Positions 35,975 through 44,890 of a stretch of DNA of 64,000 bases are shown piece by piece. The notes under the pieces are model-generated. The model was given only the letters and a program-made list of their open reading frames with translations. It was not told the DNA's origin and did not search any database. Made by a program: the position numbers and the translations under genes. This DNA is from a phage, in assembly GCA_012212665.1 (NCBI GenBank), contig GCA_012212665.1_4517.1, one strand, 5' to 3'. Position 1 is the stretch's first letter. Each line of letters starts with the position of its first letter.

Positions 35975-37131
35975 TCCGGGTACCTCAAAGCGTCATCAGA
36001 GTTAGTTATATCAATAATAGATATGGAGTTTTCTGCTAACCCGTTTTTAGATAATTGACGTTTATAATACCTTTCACAATATGTACACGTTGACCCACAG
36101 ATTTCATTAGCACAATCAAAATCTGGGTGTCTGAACCACCTTTTTTCTAAAAAGCCATCTAACAAAGAGGTTTCAATATTTACTGTATGTGAAAACTCAG
36201 TCTCATTTTCAAGAGTGAAAATAGTCTCTAAAGGCTTCCACAGTTCTAACAAATTACCTTCAAACTTTTCAGAAGCGTATGCTTCAAGAACTTTCAAAAT
36301 GTAGTCTGTGCTACCTGTACGTCCTGAAACTTTGAATTGAGTGATACCAATATCATTATAAAGTTTCAAATCTTGAGGACGAACAAAACGAGTTCTCAAC
36401 CAGTTAAATGGGTCTGTATCACGAGCTTTAATACAGTGCTGCATAGGATATCCATTTAAGGATTTAGCATCGTCAGCGGTAACATCAGTACTATGGAAAA
36501 TATAGCAAGAGTCACGATAGCTACAATGTGTTGTATACCCTTTACCAGCATTAGAACAGAACTCATTTACAAGAACTTCAAATATTATATTGTTCTTATT
36601 GCAAAACTCTGCTGCACGCTTCAGGAAAGAAACTGAACGGTTCTTATGAATTCCGCAGCAGACCTTTTTGATGTTATATTGGTCATGTAAGTATTTGATT
36701 TGAGTTACAGCATCGACATGTAGAATTGTTGAAACTTCAATCTCAATATCTTTATTGACTTCACGAACAATTTCCATAACAACAGGGTTAGCGATAGTAA
36801 TACGCCATACGCCTATTGACCAAAGATACTGAACATAATCCTGAATAGCTTTCTTCTTCCACTCAACTAGTTCTCTTTTTGAACCAGGATTTATCGTGTT
36901 GAGTGTATAGTTAAAGCAAATACCTAATTCGTTACAACGTTTAACGTAGTCTTCTAACATCTTTTTGTCAACGTCAGGAAGCCTAAAATCAGGTCTGGCT
37001 GCTACAAAAGCCATTTCTCTTGTAGAGCCATATACTTCGTTTATCAAGCTATTAGGATAGGTTTTATTGAGCTCTACGATTTTATCAAGAAGAGCTAAAT
37101 CAAAATTCGTTCCGATTTTAAAAGTATTCAT
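35971..37131 (-). CDS. Cys-rich putative metalloenzyme (possible peptidase U32-like / Fe-S protein)
   Basis: 386 aa; C-terminal CANEICGSTCTYC cluster (C-x4-C-x3-C-x2-C) and EVLVNEFCSNAGKG block loosely resembling the U32 family signature; assignment tentative. Confidence 0.45.
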   Translation of the reverse strand: MNTFKIGTNFDLALLDKIVELNKTYPNSLINEVYGSTREMAFVAARPDFRLPDVDKKMLEDYVKRCNELGICFNYTLNTINPGSKRELVEWKKKAIQDYVQYLWSIGVWRITIANPVVMEIVREVNKDIEIEVSTILHVDAVTQIKYLHDQYNIKKVCCGIHKNRSVSFLKRAAEFCNKNNIIFEVLVNEFCSNAGKGYTTHCSYRDSCYIFHSTDVTADDAKSLNGYPMQHCIKARDTDPFNWLRTRFVRPQDLKLYNDIGITQFKVSGRTGSTDYILKVLEAYASEKFEGNLLELWKPLETIFTLENETEFSHTVNIETSLLDGFLEKRWFRHPDFDCANEICGSTCTYCERYYKRQLSKNGLAENSISIIDITNSDDALRYPE

Positions 37132-37191
37132 TTTTTTTGCATCTCGCGTTAATTGATGCGATGGTTTTTTTTGCAGGTCTTACTTAAATTA

Positions 37192-37593
37192 TTATAGATT
37201 CGGTTTATACGATTTAAATGTTTCGAATTCGCCTTTATTCATAAGAGCTTTGAATTCGTCAGGACGCATAGCTTTGTCGTCGATAATCCAATCATATACT
37301 GGTTTATGTGTTAGCAAATTATGGTACTTCAAGCCAATGTTTGCCAAGTTCTGAATCAGACTTGGGAGAATGTCAATTGCTATACGACCAGGACCTACTG
37401 ACTTCATACCGCGAGCAGTGTAAAGCGTTATGGTATGCCCTGCATCATACAGGGCATTAATGGCGGTCACCATTTCGACGTCTGGTTTGAAGTTCACATA
37501 ATCACGATTGTTATTCCACTCTGTTATACAATCATCGACATCAAAACAAAGATTAAGCATGTTTTCTACACGGTGCATTAGATTCGTTCCCAT
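37192..37593 (-). CDS. HAD-superfamily phosphatase (KdsC-like small sugar-phosphate phosphatase)
   Basis: 133 aa; motif I FDVDDCIT (DxDx[TV]) near the N-terminus. Confidence 0.55.
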   Translation of the reverse strand: MGTNLMHRVENMLNLCFDVDDCITEWNNNRDYVNFKPDVEMVTAINALYDAGHTITLYTARGMKSVGPGRIAIDILPSLIQNLANIGLKYHNLLTHKPVYDWIIDDKAMRPDEFKALMNKGEFETFKSYKPNL

Positions 37594-39266
37594 TGATGAG
37601 TGATATCGCCACCGATTGGACGATAGGAAACACCAGTTTCTTTATCAGTTAGTACCCATTTACCAGGATTTTTTGTAATCAGAGTAGCCGTTACAGGTTC
37701 TGCTACGTCATAACTAATAGAGCCGTCTTGAAGTACACGGCCCATGTTACGTAATTGCTTAGTCAGAAGTTCCATACCTTTATAATATGCGGCAACCGCT
37801 TTAAGTGGATTATTCTTGAAATAACCACCTAATGCAATCCAGATAATTGCTACTGCCAAATGATGATACTCGTTAAACGAACTCATCTTTCCATATTTGT
37901 AAACTAATGGATTGATGTTAATAGTCACATTACAAGTTGTTTCATCAATAGTAAACTGACCCCAGGTCGGATTAGCATTGAATTCATCATAACCTGAAAC
38001 AGCATAAAGCACTTTAGCTTCATCATACAATTTTGGCCCGTAAATCTTGGTTTCACCAAAATATCCACGAGGGTCGATAAACTTGACTTCGCCGTTATCG
38101 GTAATCATAGTATTACTGAAGTTCGGGTCACCATGAATAACAGAGTACTGTCCCTGAGAACGGTTATGATAACGAATAAGATGTTCTAAAGCTTGTTTCA
38201 ACATTGGCTTCAGACGTCCAATCTTAGTGTAGTTCACATGTGTGATTTTACCAAATGAATCAATCAATGGCTGAATGCTTTCACAACGATCAATAACTTT
38301 CGTATAGAACTCTTTAGTGAAATCACGGCGAACAGTTTCAGGACTTACAAAATAAGTGTCCGTGCTGAATTTCAGTGCATCTAAAATTGCATCAACAATT
38401 TGTGGACGAGCAAGACTTGATTTGGATTTAATATATTCAAATGCCGGCTTACCTTTAATGCGTTCCATAATAAAGTGGCCGCCAGGATGATAACTTACAA
38501 TCCGTGGAACTGAATCTGATTTAACTTTCTTATACCAATTGACTTCATCTTTTTGAAGTGCAACGCCCTGTTCTGTTAAAGCAATCTTTGTTACAGTTTC
38601 TTCGCCAATTTCAACTGCATTAAAACTACGATTCAGTTCACGAACTTCATGAGCCTTTTCAAGTTTAGGCATATCACCTAAATCAATTAGATTCATAAGC
38701 TCTGATTTATTGAATGCACTGCCGTAAAGGAATTCTACGAAATCACGACCTTTGCAGTATTCGTGAATTTCCTCATCAGTAGAACCCATGTAGAATTCCC
38801 AGTCTTTGAACTGATAAATTCCTACAACATTACCACCTGTTGAACCTACGTTAGTGATATTTTCACCATCGAAATTATATCGACATTCATCACCCTTAAC
38901 ATAGATTGCGTTAACATTCCAAGACCATGAACCAAAGTCAGGAATAATATCACACCAGTTAACAATTACGTTATGGCCATCTAAATCTTTGTATAATTTA
39001 GCAAGAGCATAAGCAGAACCATACGCTTCATCAACTGTACGAATAGTCACATTGAACCCTTCTTGCTCGCAATAAGCTCGAACAGTTTCAGCAAATTTTG
39101 AATGAACTACTACAATAATTTCATCTGCGCCAAGGTCAGAATAAATTGTATACAAATTGCTCAGAATAGTGTCTTGTTTATAGTTAACAAGCACCTTAGG
39201 AATATGGTGCGTTATTGGATACAAACGAGTTGCCAGTCCAGCACCAAGAATAACAGCTTTTTTCAT
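37578..39266 (-). CDS. Bifunctional sugar-1-phosphate nucleotidyltransferase / anomeric sugar kinase (APH/choline-kinase fold)
   Basis: 562 aa; N-terminus KAVILGAGLATRLYPIT (G-x-G-T-R-L nucleotidyltransferase); C-terminus VIHGDPNFSN...FIDPRGYFG (APH/ChoK catalytic motifs). Confidence 0.7.
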   Translation of the reverse strand: MKKAVILGAGLATRLYPITHHIPKVLVNYKQDTILSNLYTIYSDLGADEIIVVVHSKFAETVRAYCEQEGFNVTIRTVDEAYGSAYALAKLYKDLDGHNVIVNWCDIIPDFGSWSWNVNAIYVKGDECRYNFDGENITNVGSTGGNVVGIYQFKDWEFYMGSTDEEIHEYCKGRDFVEFLYGSAFNKSELMNLIDLGDMPKLEKAHEVRELNRSFNAVEIGEETVTKIALTEQGVALQKDEVNWYKKVKSDSVPRIVSYHPGGHFIMERIKGKPAFEYIKSKSSLARPQIVDAILDALKFSTDTYFVSPETVRRDFTKEFYTKVIDRCESIQPLIDSFGKITHVNYTKIGRLKPMLKQALEHLIRYHNRSQGQYSVIHGDPNFSNTMITDNGEVKFIDPRGYFGETKIYGPKLYDEAKVLYAVSGYDEFNANPTWGQFTIDETTCNVTININPLVYKYGKMSSFNEYHHLAVAIIWIALGGYFKNNPLKAVAAYYKGMELLTKQLRNMGRVLQDGSISYDVAEPVTATLITKNPGKWVLTDKETGVSYRPIGGDITHQWERI

Positions 39267-39307
39267 GTTGTGGTCCTCATTGGTAAGTAGGTGTATCGTA
39301 CACTATT

Positions 39308-39451
39308 CTAGTTAAAGCATTCATACTTTGCTTGTAGTCCAATCATAATCCATCCGATTATAAGAGTCGGAATCATTACTGGAGCCGTTAAGCTCCAGTA
39401 GATAGTCATGACAAGCATCAATAGTAAAAGTCCTATTGTTATTGCTTTCAT
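39308..39451 (-). CDS. Small hydrophobic peptide (47 aa)
   Basis: Unannotated ORF MKAITIGLLLLMLVMTIYWSL...; its ATG overlaps the TGA of the SIS gene (ATGA). Confidence 0.3.
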   Translation of the reverse strand: MKAITIGLLLLMLVMTIYWSLTAPVMIPTLIIGWIMIGLQAKYECFN

Positions 39452-40083
39452 TGTTCGCCTCGTAACATGGCACCTAGTGCACCACCAGGGTGGAACTTAA
39501 GGAAGTCATTAGAGGTAAATCCACGTTCAGACGAAAGGTTGATAGCAAACGTATCGATAAGCGCTAACAACAATGTAGTGGACATGGTCGGAGCCAGAGA
39601 ATTCTCATCAACCTCTACCGCGATGCCTGTACAGAACGTATAATCAAAAAGAGCTTCGTATTCTTGCGGAATGTCAGGGTTACAATGTAACAGAATCTGT
39701 TTAACCTGAGGACGAATCATACGAAGATGTTTAGCAACACCTATCATTTCTTCAGTCTTACCAGAACGACTGATGTGAACTAATACATCATTAGGCGCAA
39801 TGAATCCTGCATCACCGTGAGAATAATGCCCGGTGTTCAAATACATGCTAGGAATACCTAGTGAAGCAAAAGTCTCGGAAGCTTTAGTTGCGATATTAGC
39901 GTTCTTACCAACACCTGTAATAATTACTCGGCTTTCATAATTACTCAGTCCAGGGCGACGAAGAGTTTCAAGAATAGCATTATATCGGGCAGAGTTTTGA
40001 CTAATTACTTTAGCCATAGTGGCAAGAGATGAAGCTTGTTTTACGATTGCGTCAATAGCGATAGTGATTGGTGTAGTTTTCAT
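39448..40083 (-). CDS. SIS-domain sugar-phosphate isomerase, arabinose-5-phosphate isomerase (KdsD/GutQ)-like
   Basis: 211 aa; motifs ITGVGKNANIA, HGDAG, SRSGKTEE, APTMSTT, FHPGGALG align with the KdsD SIS domain; no CBS domains. Confidence 0.75.
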   Translation of the reverse strand: MKTTPITIAIDAIVKQASSLATMAKVISQNSARYNAILETLRRPGLSNYESRVIITGVGKNANIATKASETFASLGIPSMYLNTGHYSHGDAGFIAPNDVLVHISRSGKTEEMIGVAKHLRMIRPQVKQILLHCNPDIPQEYEALFDYTFCTGIAVEVDENSLAPTMSTTLLLALIDTFAINLSSERGFTSNDFLKFHPGGALGAMLRGEQ

Positions 40084-40123
40084 ATTTCTCTCATTTAATT
40101 AGTTTACCGTCCATGGCATTATA

Positions 40124-42835
40124 TCAAAAATCGAACATATCGAACAGAGATGCTTTCTTCTCGTAATCGAGTTTCGCTGCTGATGTGAATCCTTCAAGTG
40201 GTTTAATAAATGTCTTCTCAAGGAGAACAGTGTAGTCCATCCAATGAAGTACGTCGTCTTTAATTAAATCTGTGATTTCAGTACCAGAAGGCCATGCGAT
40301 ACATTTATCACCGAATGGGTTTCCTTCACGTAAAGGCAGAACATATACTTTTTCACCTTCTACAACTTGTGGAGCATCAATATTACCTTTGATAGCTCTG
40401 TTATATGTCAGAATTCCACGAATATGGAACGGGCATTTAGGACCAGGGAATCCACCAACGTCGTATTTAGCAATGTTATTCGCAGAAGATACTGACGCGA
40501 TGCTAATATAATTCAATTGACGGAATTCTTTTTCAAACTCTTTAAAATATTCTTGTAATGATTCTTCACCTTCCTGAAGCATACGACGAATACATTCCTT
40601 AAGAGCTTTCTGTACTGCTTTAGGAGTCGAAGATTTCTGTGTTTCGAGACCCATGATTTTGAGTTTAGGCTCAGCGTAACGAGTACCTTCCATATCCCAC
40701 ACGTTTAATGCATAACGTTTCTTACCTGTCCAAAATCCGCCAATACCTTTAGAACCAAGCGGAGGACCAGCGATAGCTTCTCGGTCCATGAACATTAAGT
40801 GTTGTTTATTGTTCATGTATTCACACATTTCACAGAAACCTCTATCAATAGCTGGTTCCATACGTTCACGTGCAAACTTATCTAAGAAGTCTACCCAATG
40901 GTTGGTATCACGGAATTTAGATTCACCAACCTTATCGATAATTTTATCAGCAGATACGTAAATAGAGTCTGTATCACCATAAAGAACGAAAGCTTCACCT
41001 TCTGTACCGCAAACTTCGTTCAGATATTCATTAACTTTACGTTCAATCCACTGTAAAGCCATTTGCCCGAATGTTGTGATTGCAGTTGCATTACGCAAAT
41101 CATAATAACGGAACCAAACGTTTCCAAGTGCACCATAAAGCGAGTTGATGAGCAATTTACGGTTAATCTGTGCAGTCATACCTGCAACTTCAGTACGTTG
41201 AGCTCTAAACAACATTTCATTAAGAGATTTAGCAGACAACTTTTTAATCTTTTCTTTAATCTCATCACTGAAGTCAAAACGATAATCAACGTCTAATGGT
41301 TCATCAACAGAAAGATTAGGATTATGTAAGGCTTCTTTAATTATTTCACCATTACGTTGAGCTGCAAGCATGTAACCTTTATGTTCTTTACGTTGATTAA
41401 AGACCTTAGTGATTTCAGTTGGAACTACACCATCACGGTCTTTATAATACATCATGCCGTTAGGAGAGCAACTGTACACATCTGAAGGACGTTCAGCGAT
41501 TGCGTTAATATAATCATGCAATGGAGCTACTTTAAACGTTCCTGCTATTGTTTCTGGGCTAATATTCACTTGGCGAATAATACTTGGATACAGAGATGTA
41601 AGGTCGAAACTCATTACATATTTGTATCGATTTGGAATAGGTTCCTTAACAAAAGCGCCAGGATAAGGTTGAACCGGGTGAGAACGACCTTGTGGAATCA
41701 CCTTGTTCTGCTCTTTAAGGCTATTAAAAATAATAGCATCCCATGTTTTAATTGGACTGAACACGGATTGAATCTGAATTTTAGCATAATAACCCATGTC
41801 CAAACTCAAGTTAATGAACTGGCGTTTAGCATCAATTTGCAATACACGATATACGTCGATGATGTTATAAGAAATATATCGTTGATGATTGCTTTCACGA
41901 AGTTTAGAAATAGGACCGTCATATTTCAGTTTACCAACGTTCAATTCAAATTCTGAAATGTAATCCAGAGAATATGACGGTTGGTTCGTGAAAGAGAACT
42001 TTTTGTAAAGGTCAATATAATCAAGAACAGAGATACCAAACAATGTAATGATTTCACGAGAACCATACATGTTTTCGATAACTTTAACACGAGTTTTACG
42101 ATGTGGTGATAAACGTTTCGCAGTAGATTCGCCAAAAATATTCTTGATTCGGTTATACACATATGGAATATCAAATGACTCAACGTTCCATCCAGTCAAA
42201 ATGACAGGAGTTTTCTGTTGCCAGAAGTTGAGATATTCCATCAACAATTCTTTTTCATTATCGAATGGCATATAAATGATTTTATCGATAATTTCGGATG
42301 GAACTTCATCACCACCTTGTTCTTGAAGCTTAGCCGCAATTTCGATAGACCATTCTTCCACATTACCGTATGGAGAATTCAATAGATCAAATACGTAGAA
42401 CCTGTCGTCAATTGAGTCATAATGGGTGATAGCATCAATCGGATGTTTTGCTTGTGACGGCTCAGGGAACCCATCCGGAGATGTTACTTCGATGTCGAAG
42501 TTAGCCACACGAATTTTTGTATGGTCGTATTTGATTTCATAGTTATAAGTGTCAGACAAATACGCCAATTTGAAATCGTCCATGCCAAGTGCTTCAAGTC
42601 CGATATCTTCCATGCGTTTAATCCATTGGGAGGCATCACGCATATTAGCGAACAACTTACGAGTACACGGTTTACCGTAGATATCGAAATATTTCGTAGC
42701 CTGGCTTTCTGGACAATGAGCAAACAGTGATGGTTTATATTCTACTTCACGAGTACGTTCACGACCATTAGAATCGATGTAACGTTCAAAAATTGAATCA
42801 CCAATCTGTTCAACCGTTAAGTAAAATTCTTTCAT
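40124..42835 (-). CDS. 43: DNA polymerase gp43 (family B)
   Basis: 903 aa; exonuclease and polymerase motifs (FDIE, YGDTDS, K.KK.YA); T4 synteny regA-43. Confidence 0.95.
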   Translation of the reverse strand: MKEFYLTVEQIGDSIFERYIDSNGRERTREVEYKPSLFAHCPESQATKYFDIYGKPCTRKLFANMRDASQWIKRMEDIGLEALGMDDFKLAYLSDTYNYEIKYDHTKIRVANFDIEVTSPDGFPEPSQAKHPIDAITHYDSIDDRFYVFDLLNSPYGNVEEWSIEIAAKLQEQGGDEVPSEIIDKIIYMPFDNEKELLMEYLNFWQQKTPVILTGWNVESFDIPYVYNRIKNIFGESTAKRLSPHRKTRVKVIENMYGSREIITLFGISVLDYIDLYKKFSFTNQPSYSLDYISEFELNVGKLKYDGPISKLRESNHQRYISYNIIDVYRVLQIDAKRQFINLSLDMGYYAKIQIQSVFSPIKTWDAIIFNSLKEQNKVIPQGRSHPVQPYPGAFVKEPIPNRYKYVMSFDLTSLYPSIIRQVNISPETIAGTFKVAPLHDYINAIAERPSDVYSCSPNGMMYYKDRDGVVPTEITKVFNQRKEHKGYMLAAQRNGEIIKEALHNPNLSVDEPLDVDYRFDFSDEIKEKIKKLSAKSLNEMLFRAQRTEVAGMTAQINRKLLINSLYGALGNVWFRYYDLRNATAITTFGQMALQWIERKVNEYLNEVCGTEGEAFVLYGDTDSIYVSADKIIDKVGESKFRDTNHWVDFLDKFARERMEPAIDRGFCEMCEYMNNKQHLMFMDREAIAGPPLGSKGIGGFWTGKKRYALNVWDMEGTRYAEPKLKIMGLETQKSSTPKAVQKALKECIRRMLQEGEESLQEYFKEFEKEFRQLNYISIASVSSANNIAKYDVGGFPGPKCPFHIRGILTYNRAIKGNIDAPQVVEGEKVYVLPLREGNPFGDKCIAWPSGTEITDLIKDDVLHWMDYTVLLEKTFIKPLEGFTSAAKLDYEKKASLFDMFDF

Positions 42836-42889
42836 TTAATTTCCTTTAGACGAGTTATTGTCTTTTGTTTGTTGATGAACTTATTATAC

Positions 42890-42907
42890 TCCAAATGGGA
42901 CCGAAGT
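42890..42907 (-). promoter_or_regulatory. Hairpin upstream of gene 43 (candidate translational operator)
   Basis: Minus-strand AUGGGAC-UUCG-GUCCCAU, about 55 nt upstream of the gene 43 ATG, between regA and 43. Confidence 0.35.
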
Positions 42908-42916
42908 CCCATTGCT

Positions 42917-43285
42917 TTAATTACCAATTGTATATTTTGCTTTCAAAGTCCAGTCATCTTTCTGTTTAAAAGAGATAACACGGAAGTTATTAGTCAGGCC
43001 AAACAGATCTTCACGAGCAGAGTCTTCAATAACAATCAATCCCCAGTCTTCAAGCAACTGAGCAATCGAATCACGTCGCTGATAGTCTTCACCGTCAATA
43101 TCAACCTGACGTCCGTCCATACGCAGCATTTCTTTAAAGTGGACGATGTAATATTTACCTTGCTTTTGGAGGATATGACAGGACTGATAAAGAACTTTAT
43201 CCTTGTTATTAGCGATGCCCATACGGGTTAGAGTCTCTTTGACTTTCAGAAAATCTTCGGGGTTCTTCAATTTAATTTCGATCAT
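42917..43285 (-). CDS. regA: Translational repressor RegA
   Basis: About 122 aa from MIEIKLKNPEDFLKVKETLTRMGIANNKDKVLYQSCHILQK; matches T4 RegA. Confidence 0.85.
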   Translation of the reverse strand: MIEIKLKNPEDFLKVKETLTRMGIANNKDKVLYQSCHILQKQGKYYIVHFKEMLRMDGRQVDIDGEDYQRRDSIAQLLEDWGLIVIEDSAREDLFGLTNNFRVISFKQKDDWTLKAKYTIGN

Positions 43286-43287
43286 TT

Positions 43288-43851
43288 TTACCATTCCAAT
43301 GCTAATTTTTTAAATTGTTTTTGTTCTTTCACGTTTTTGGTAACTTCTTTGAGAAATTCATCAGTGACCATGGCCTTCAGTTCTTTAAGGACTATTGGCA
43401 GCTTGTTATTTTTTTCAAGGAGCCGCTTATACTCAGTAGCATCATTCATGTCGATTGTGTAATGTTTCATCAACAGTTTGATAACTAGTAACTCTGAAGT
43501 GTCTTCGACTAGTTTAGCCCATTTAGAGAATCGACGACCACGAGGAATTGCCGCCATCATATAGTTGAAGTGCGCTTCATCACTTAATTCAGAACCGACT
43601 AAGTTCATCATGTAAACAGCTGGCATACATTCTGGGAACTGGGATAATGAGTTCTCAACCATAAATTTTGAGTAGTCGACCTGAGCAATTGACATAGATT
43701 TCTTTTCATTAATAGCATTAATGATTTTAAAGAATTCATTCTCAGGTTTTTCTTTAAACATATCAGCACATTTTTGAATCGCATCGGCGTCATTAGACTT
43801 CCATGCAATTTGGTGCTCGTTAAGCTGGACGTCATCATCAAATAAGTTCAT
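43288..43851 (-). CDS. 62: Clamp loader small subunit gp62
   Basis: 187 aa; blocks [29 protein letters not shown] and VKEQKQ.KKLALEW match T4 gp62. Confidence 0.9.
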   Translation of the reverse strand: MNLFDDDVQLNEHQIAWKSNDADAIQKCADMFKEKPENEFFKIINAINEKKSMSIAQVDYSKFMVENSLSQFPECMPAVYMMNLVGSELSDEAHFNYMMAAIPRGRRFSKWAKLVEDTSELLVIKLLMKHYTIDMNDATEYKRLLEKNNKLPIVLKELKAMVTDEFLKEVTKNVKEQKQFKKLALEW

Positions 43852-43852
43852 A

Positions 43853-44815
43853 TTATTTCCAAGTCAGTTCGCAGGTCAGTTGAAGAAGCATATACATAAC
43901 ATGTAATTCAATATTACTTGCTAATCCATGAAACTTATTATTTTCGCCTGCGATTTCATAAAGCGAAATAATACTTTTACCAGGTGCAACTTGGTCATAA
44001 CATTCTGAAACTAATTTATCGATGAACCATGAATAATCTGCGGCATATTTTGGAGCTAATGCACGAAGCTGTTTGATATCTTTGTTCTTCATTGCTTCGA
44101 TAACATCAGAGACTGTGCCACGGTCATTAGTTACGATAGACAAAATACCCGCATCAAGAACACCTTTAGACGAGTACTGGTCTAATTGACCAATTGTACG
44201 ACGAAAGTCCGGGAAGTTCTTTTTAACCAGAGCTGCAACAACTTTCATATCAGCGATTTCGATATTTTCGTTCTTACAGATTTCAACCATACGATGAATC
44301 ATTTTCTTCATCATCGAGATTTTATCTTCTTCGGTTGGACGTCCGAATTCGATAACTCGACAACGACTACGTAATGGTTCAATAATTCCATCGATGTTGT
44401 TAGCAGTAATAACAATAGAGCAGTTACTAGAGAATTCTTCCATAAACGTACGAAGATGGCGTTGTGATTCGGCGAGGCCACTACGGTCGAATTCATCAAT
44501 AACAATAACTTTAGGCTTGCCTTCCATTGAGACCGAACGAGCGAATGCAGTTAACGGACCACGCACAAAATCAATCTTACAATCAGAACCGTTGACGAAC
44601 ATCATTTCGGCATTGATATCATTACATAGTGCTTTTGCTACGGTTGTTTTACCTGTACCAGGAGAAGGAGAGTGCAAAATAATATGAGGAAGTTTTCCTT
44701 TAGATACTAAAGACTTGAATGTTTCATGGTCATACGCAGGCAGAATACATTCGTCAATGGAAGAAGGACGATATTTCTGTTCTAGAATGTGTTCTTTGGA
44801 ATTGATAGTAATCAT
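43853..44815 (-). CDS. 44: Clamp loader large subunit gp44 (AAA+ ATPase)
   Basis: 320 aa; Walker [11 protein letters not shown], Walker B VIVIDEFD. Confidence 0.9.
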   Translation of the reverse strand: MITINSKEHILEQKYRPSSIDECILPAYDHETFKSLVSKGKLPHIILHSPSPGTGKTTVAKALCNDINAEMMFVNGSDCKIDFVRGPLTAFARSVSMEGKPKVIVIDEFDRSGLAESQRHLRTFMEEFSSNCSIVITANNIDGIIEPLRSRCRVIEFGRPTEEDKISMMKKMIHRMVEICKNENIEIADMKVVAALVKKNFPDFRRTIGQLDQYSSKGVLDAGILSIVTNDRGTVSDVIEAMKNKDIKQLRALAPKYAADYSWFIDKLVSECYDQVAPGKSIISLYEIAGENNKFHGLASNIELHVMYMLLQLTCELTWK

Positions 44816-44841
44816 GTAATTTTCCTCATTATCATTAAACT

Positions 44842-44857
44842 GGAGGATTTCTCCTCC
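44842..44857 (-). other. Hairpin GGAGGA-UUUC-UCCUCC in the 45-44 intergenic region
   Basis: Perfect 6-bp stem about 27 nt upstream of the gene 44 ATG. Confidence 0.45.
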
Positions 44858-44890
44858 ATAATCGTACTACATTAAACGTAAAGCTTTGAC

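Noticed and set aside
41516-41956. Plus-strand ORFs of 60-160 aa lying inside large minus-strand genes (for example 41516..41956 in gene 43, 45711..46163 in rpbA, 47458..47946 in gene 46, 10657..11034 in rIIA, 8349..8678 in the denB-like gene)
   Set aside because: They are antisense to strongly supported coding regions, lack Shine-Dalgarno sequences or promoters, and have low-complexity composition typical of antisense frames in AT-rich genomes.
42911-42940. Plus-strand MotA box (TGCTTTAAT) followed by TATATT as a plus-strand middle promoter
   Set aside because: There is no plus-strand gene downstream; the motif is on the wrong strand for gene 43 and is likely a chance match in AT-rich DNA.
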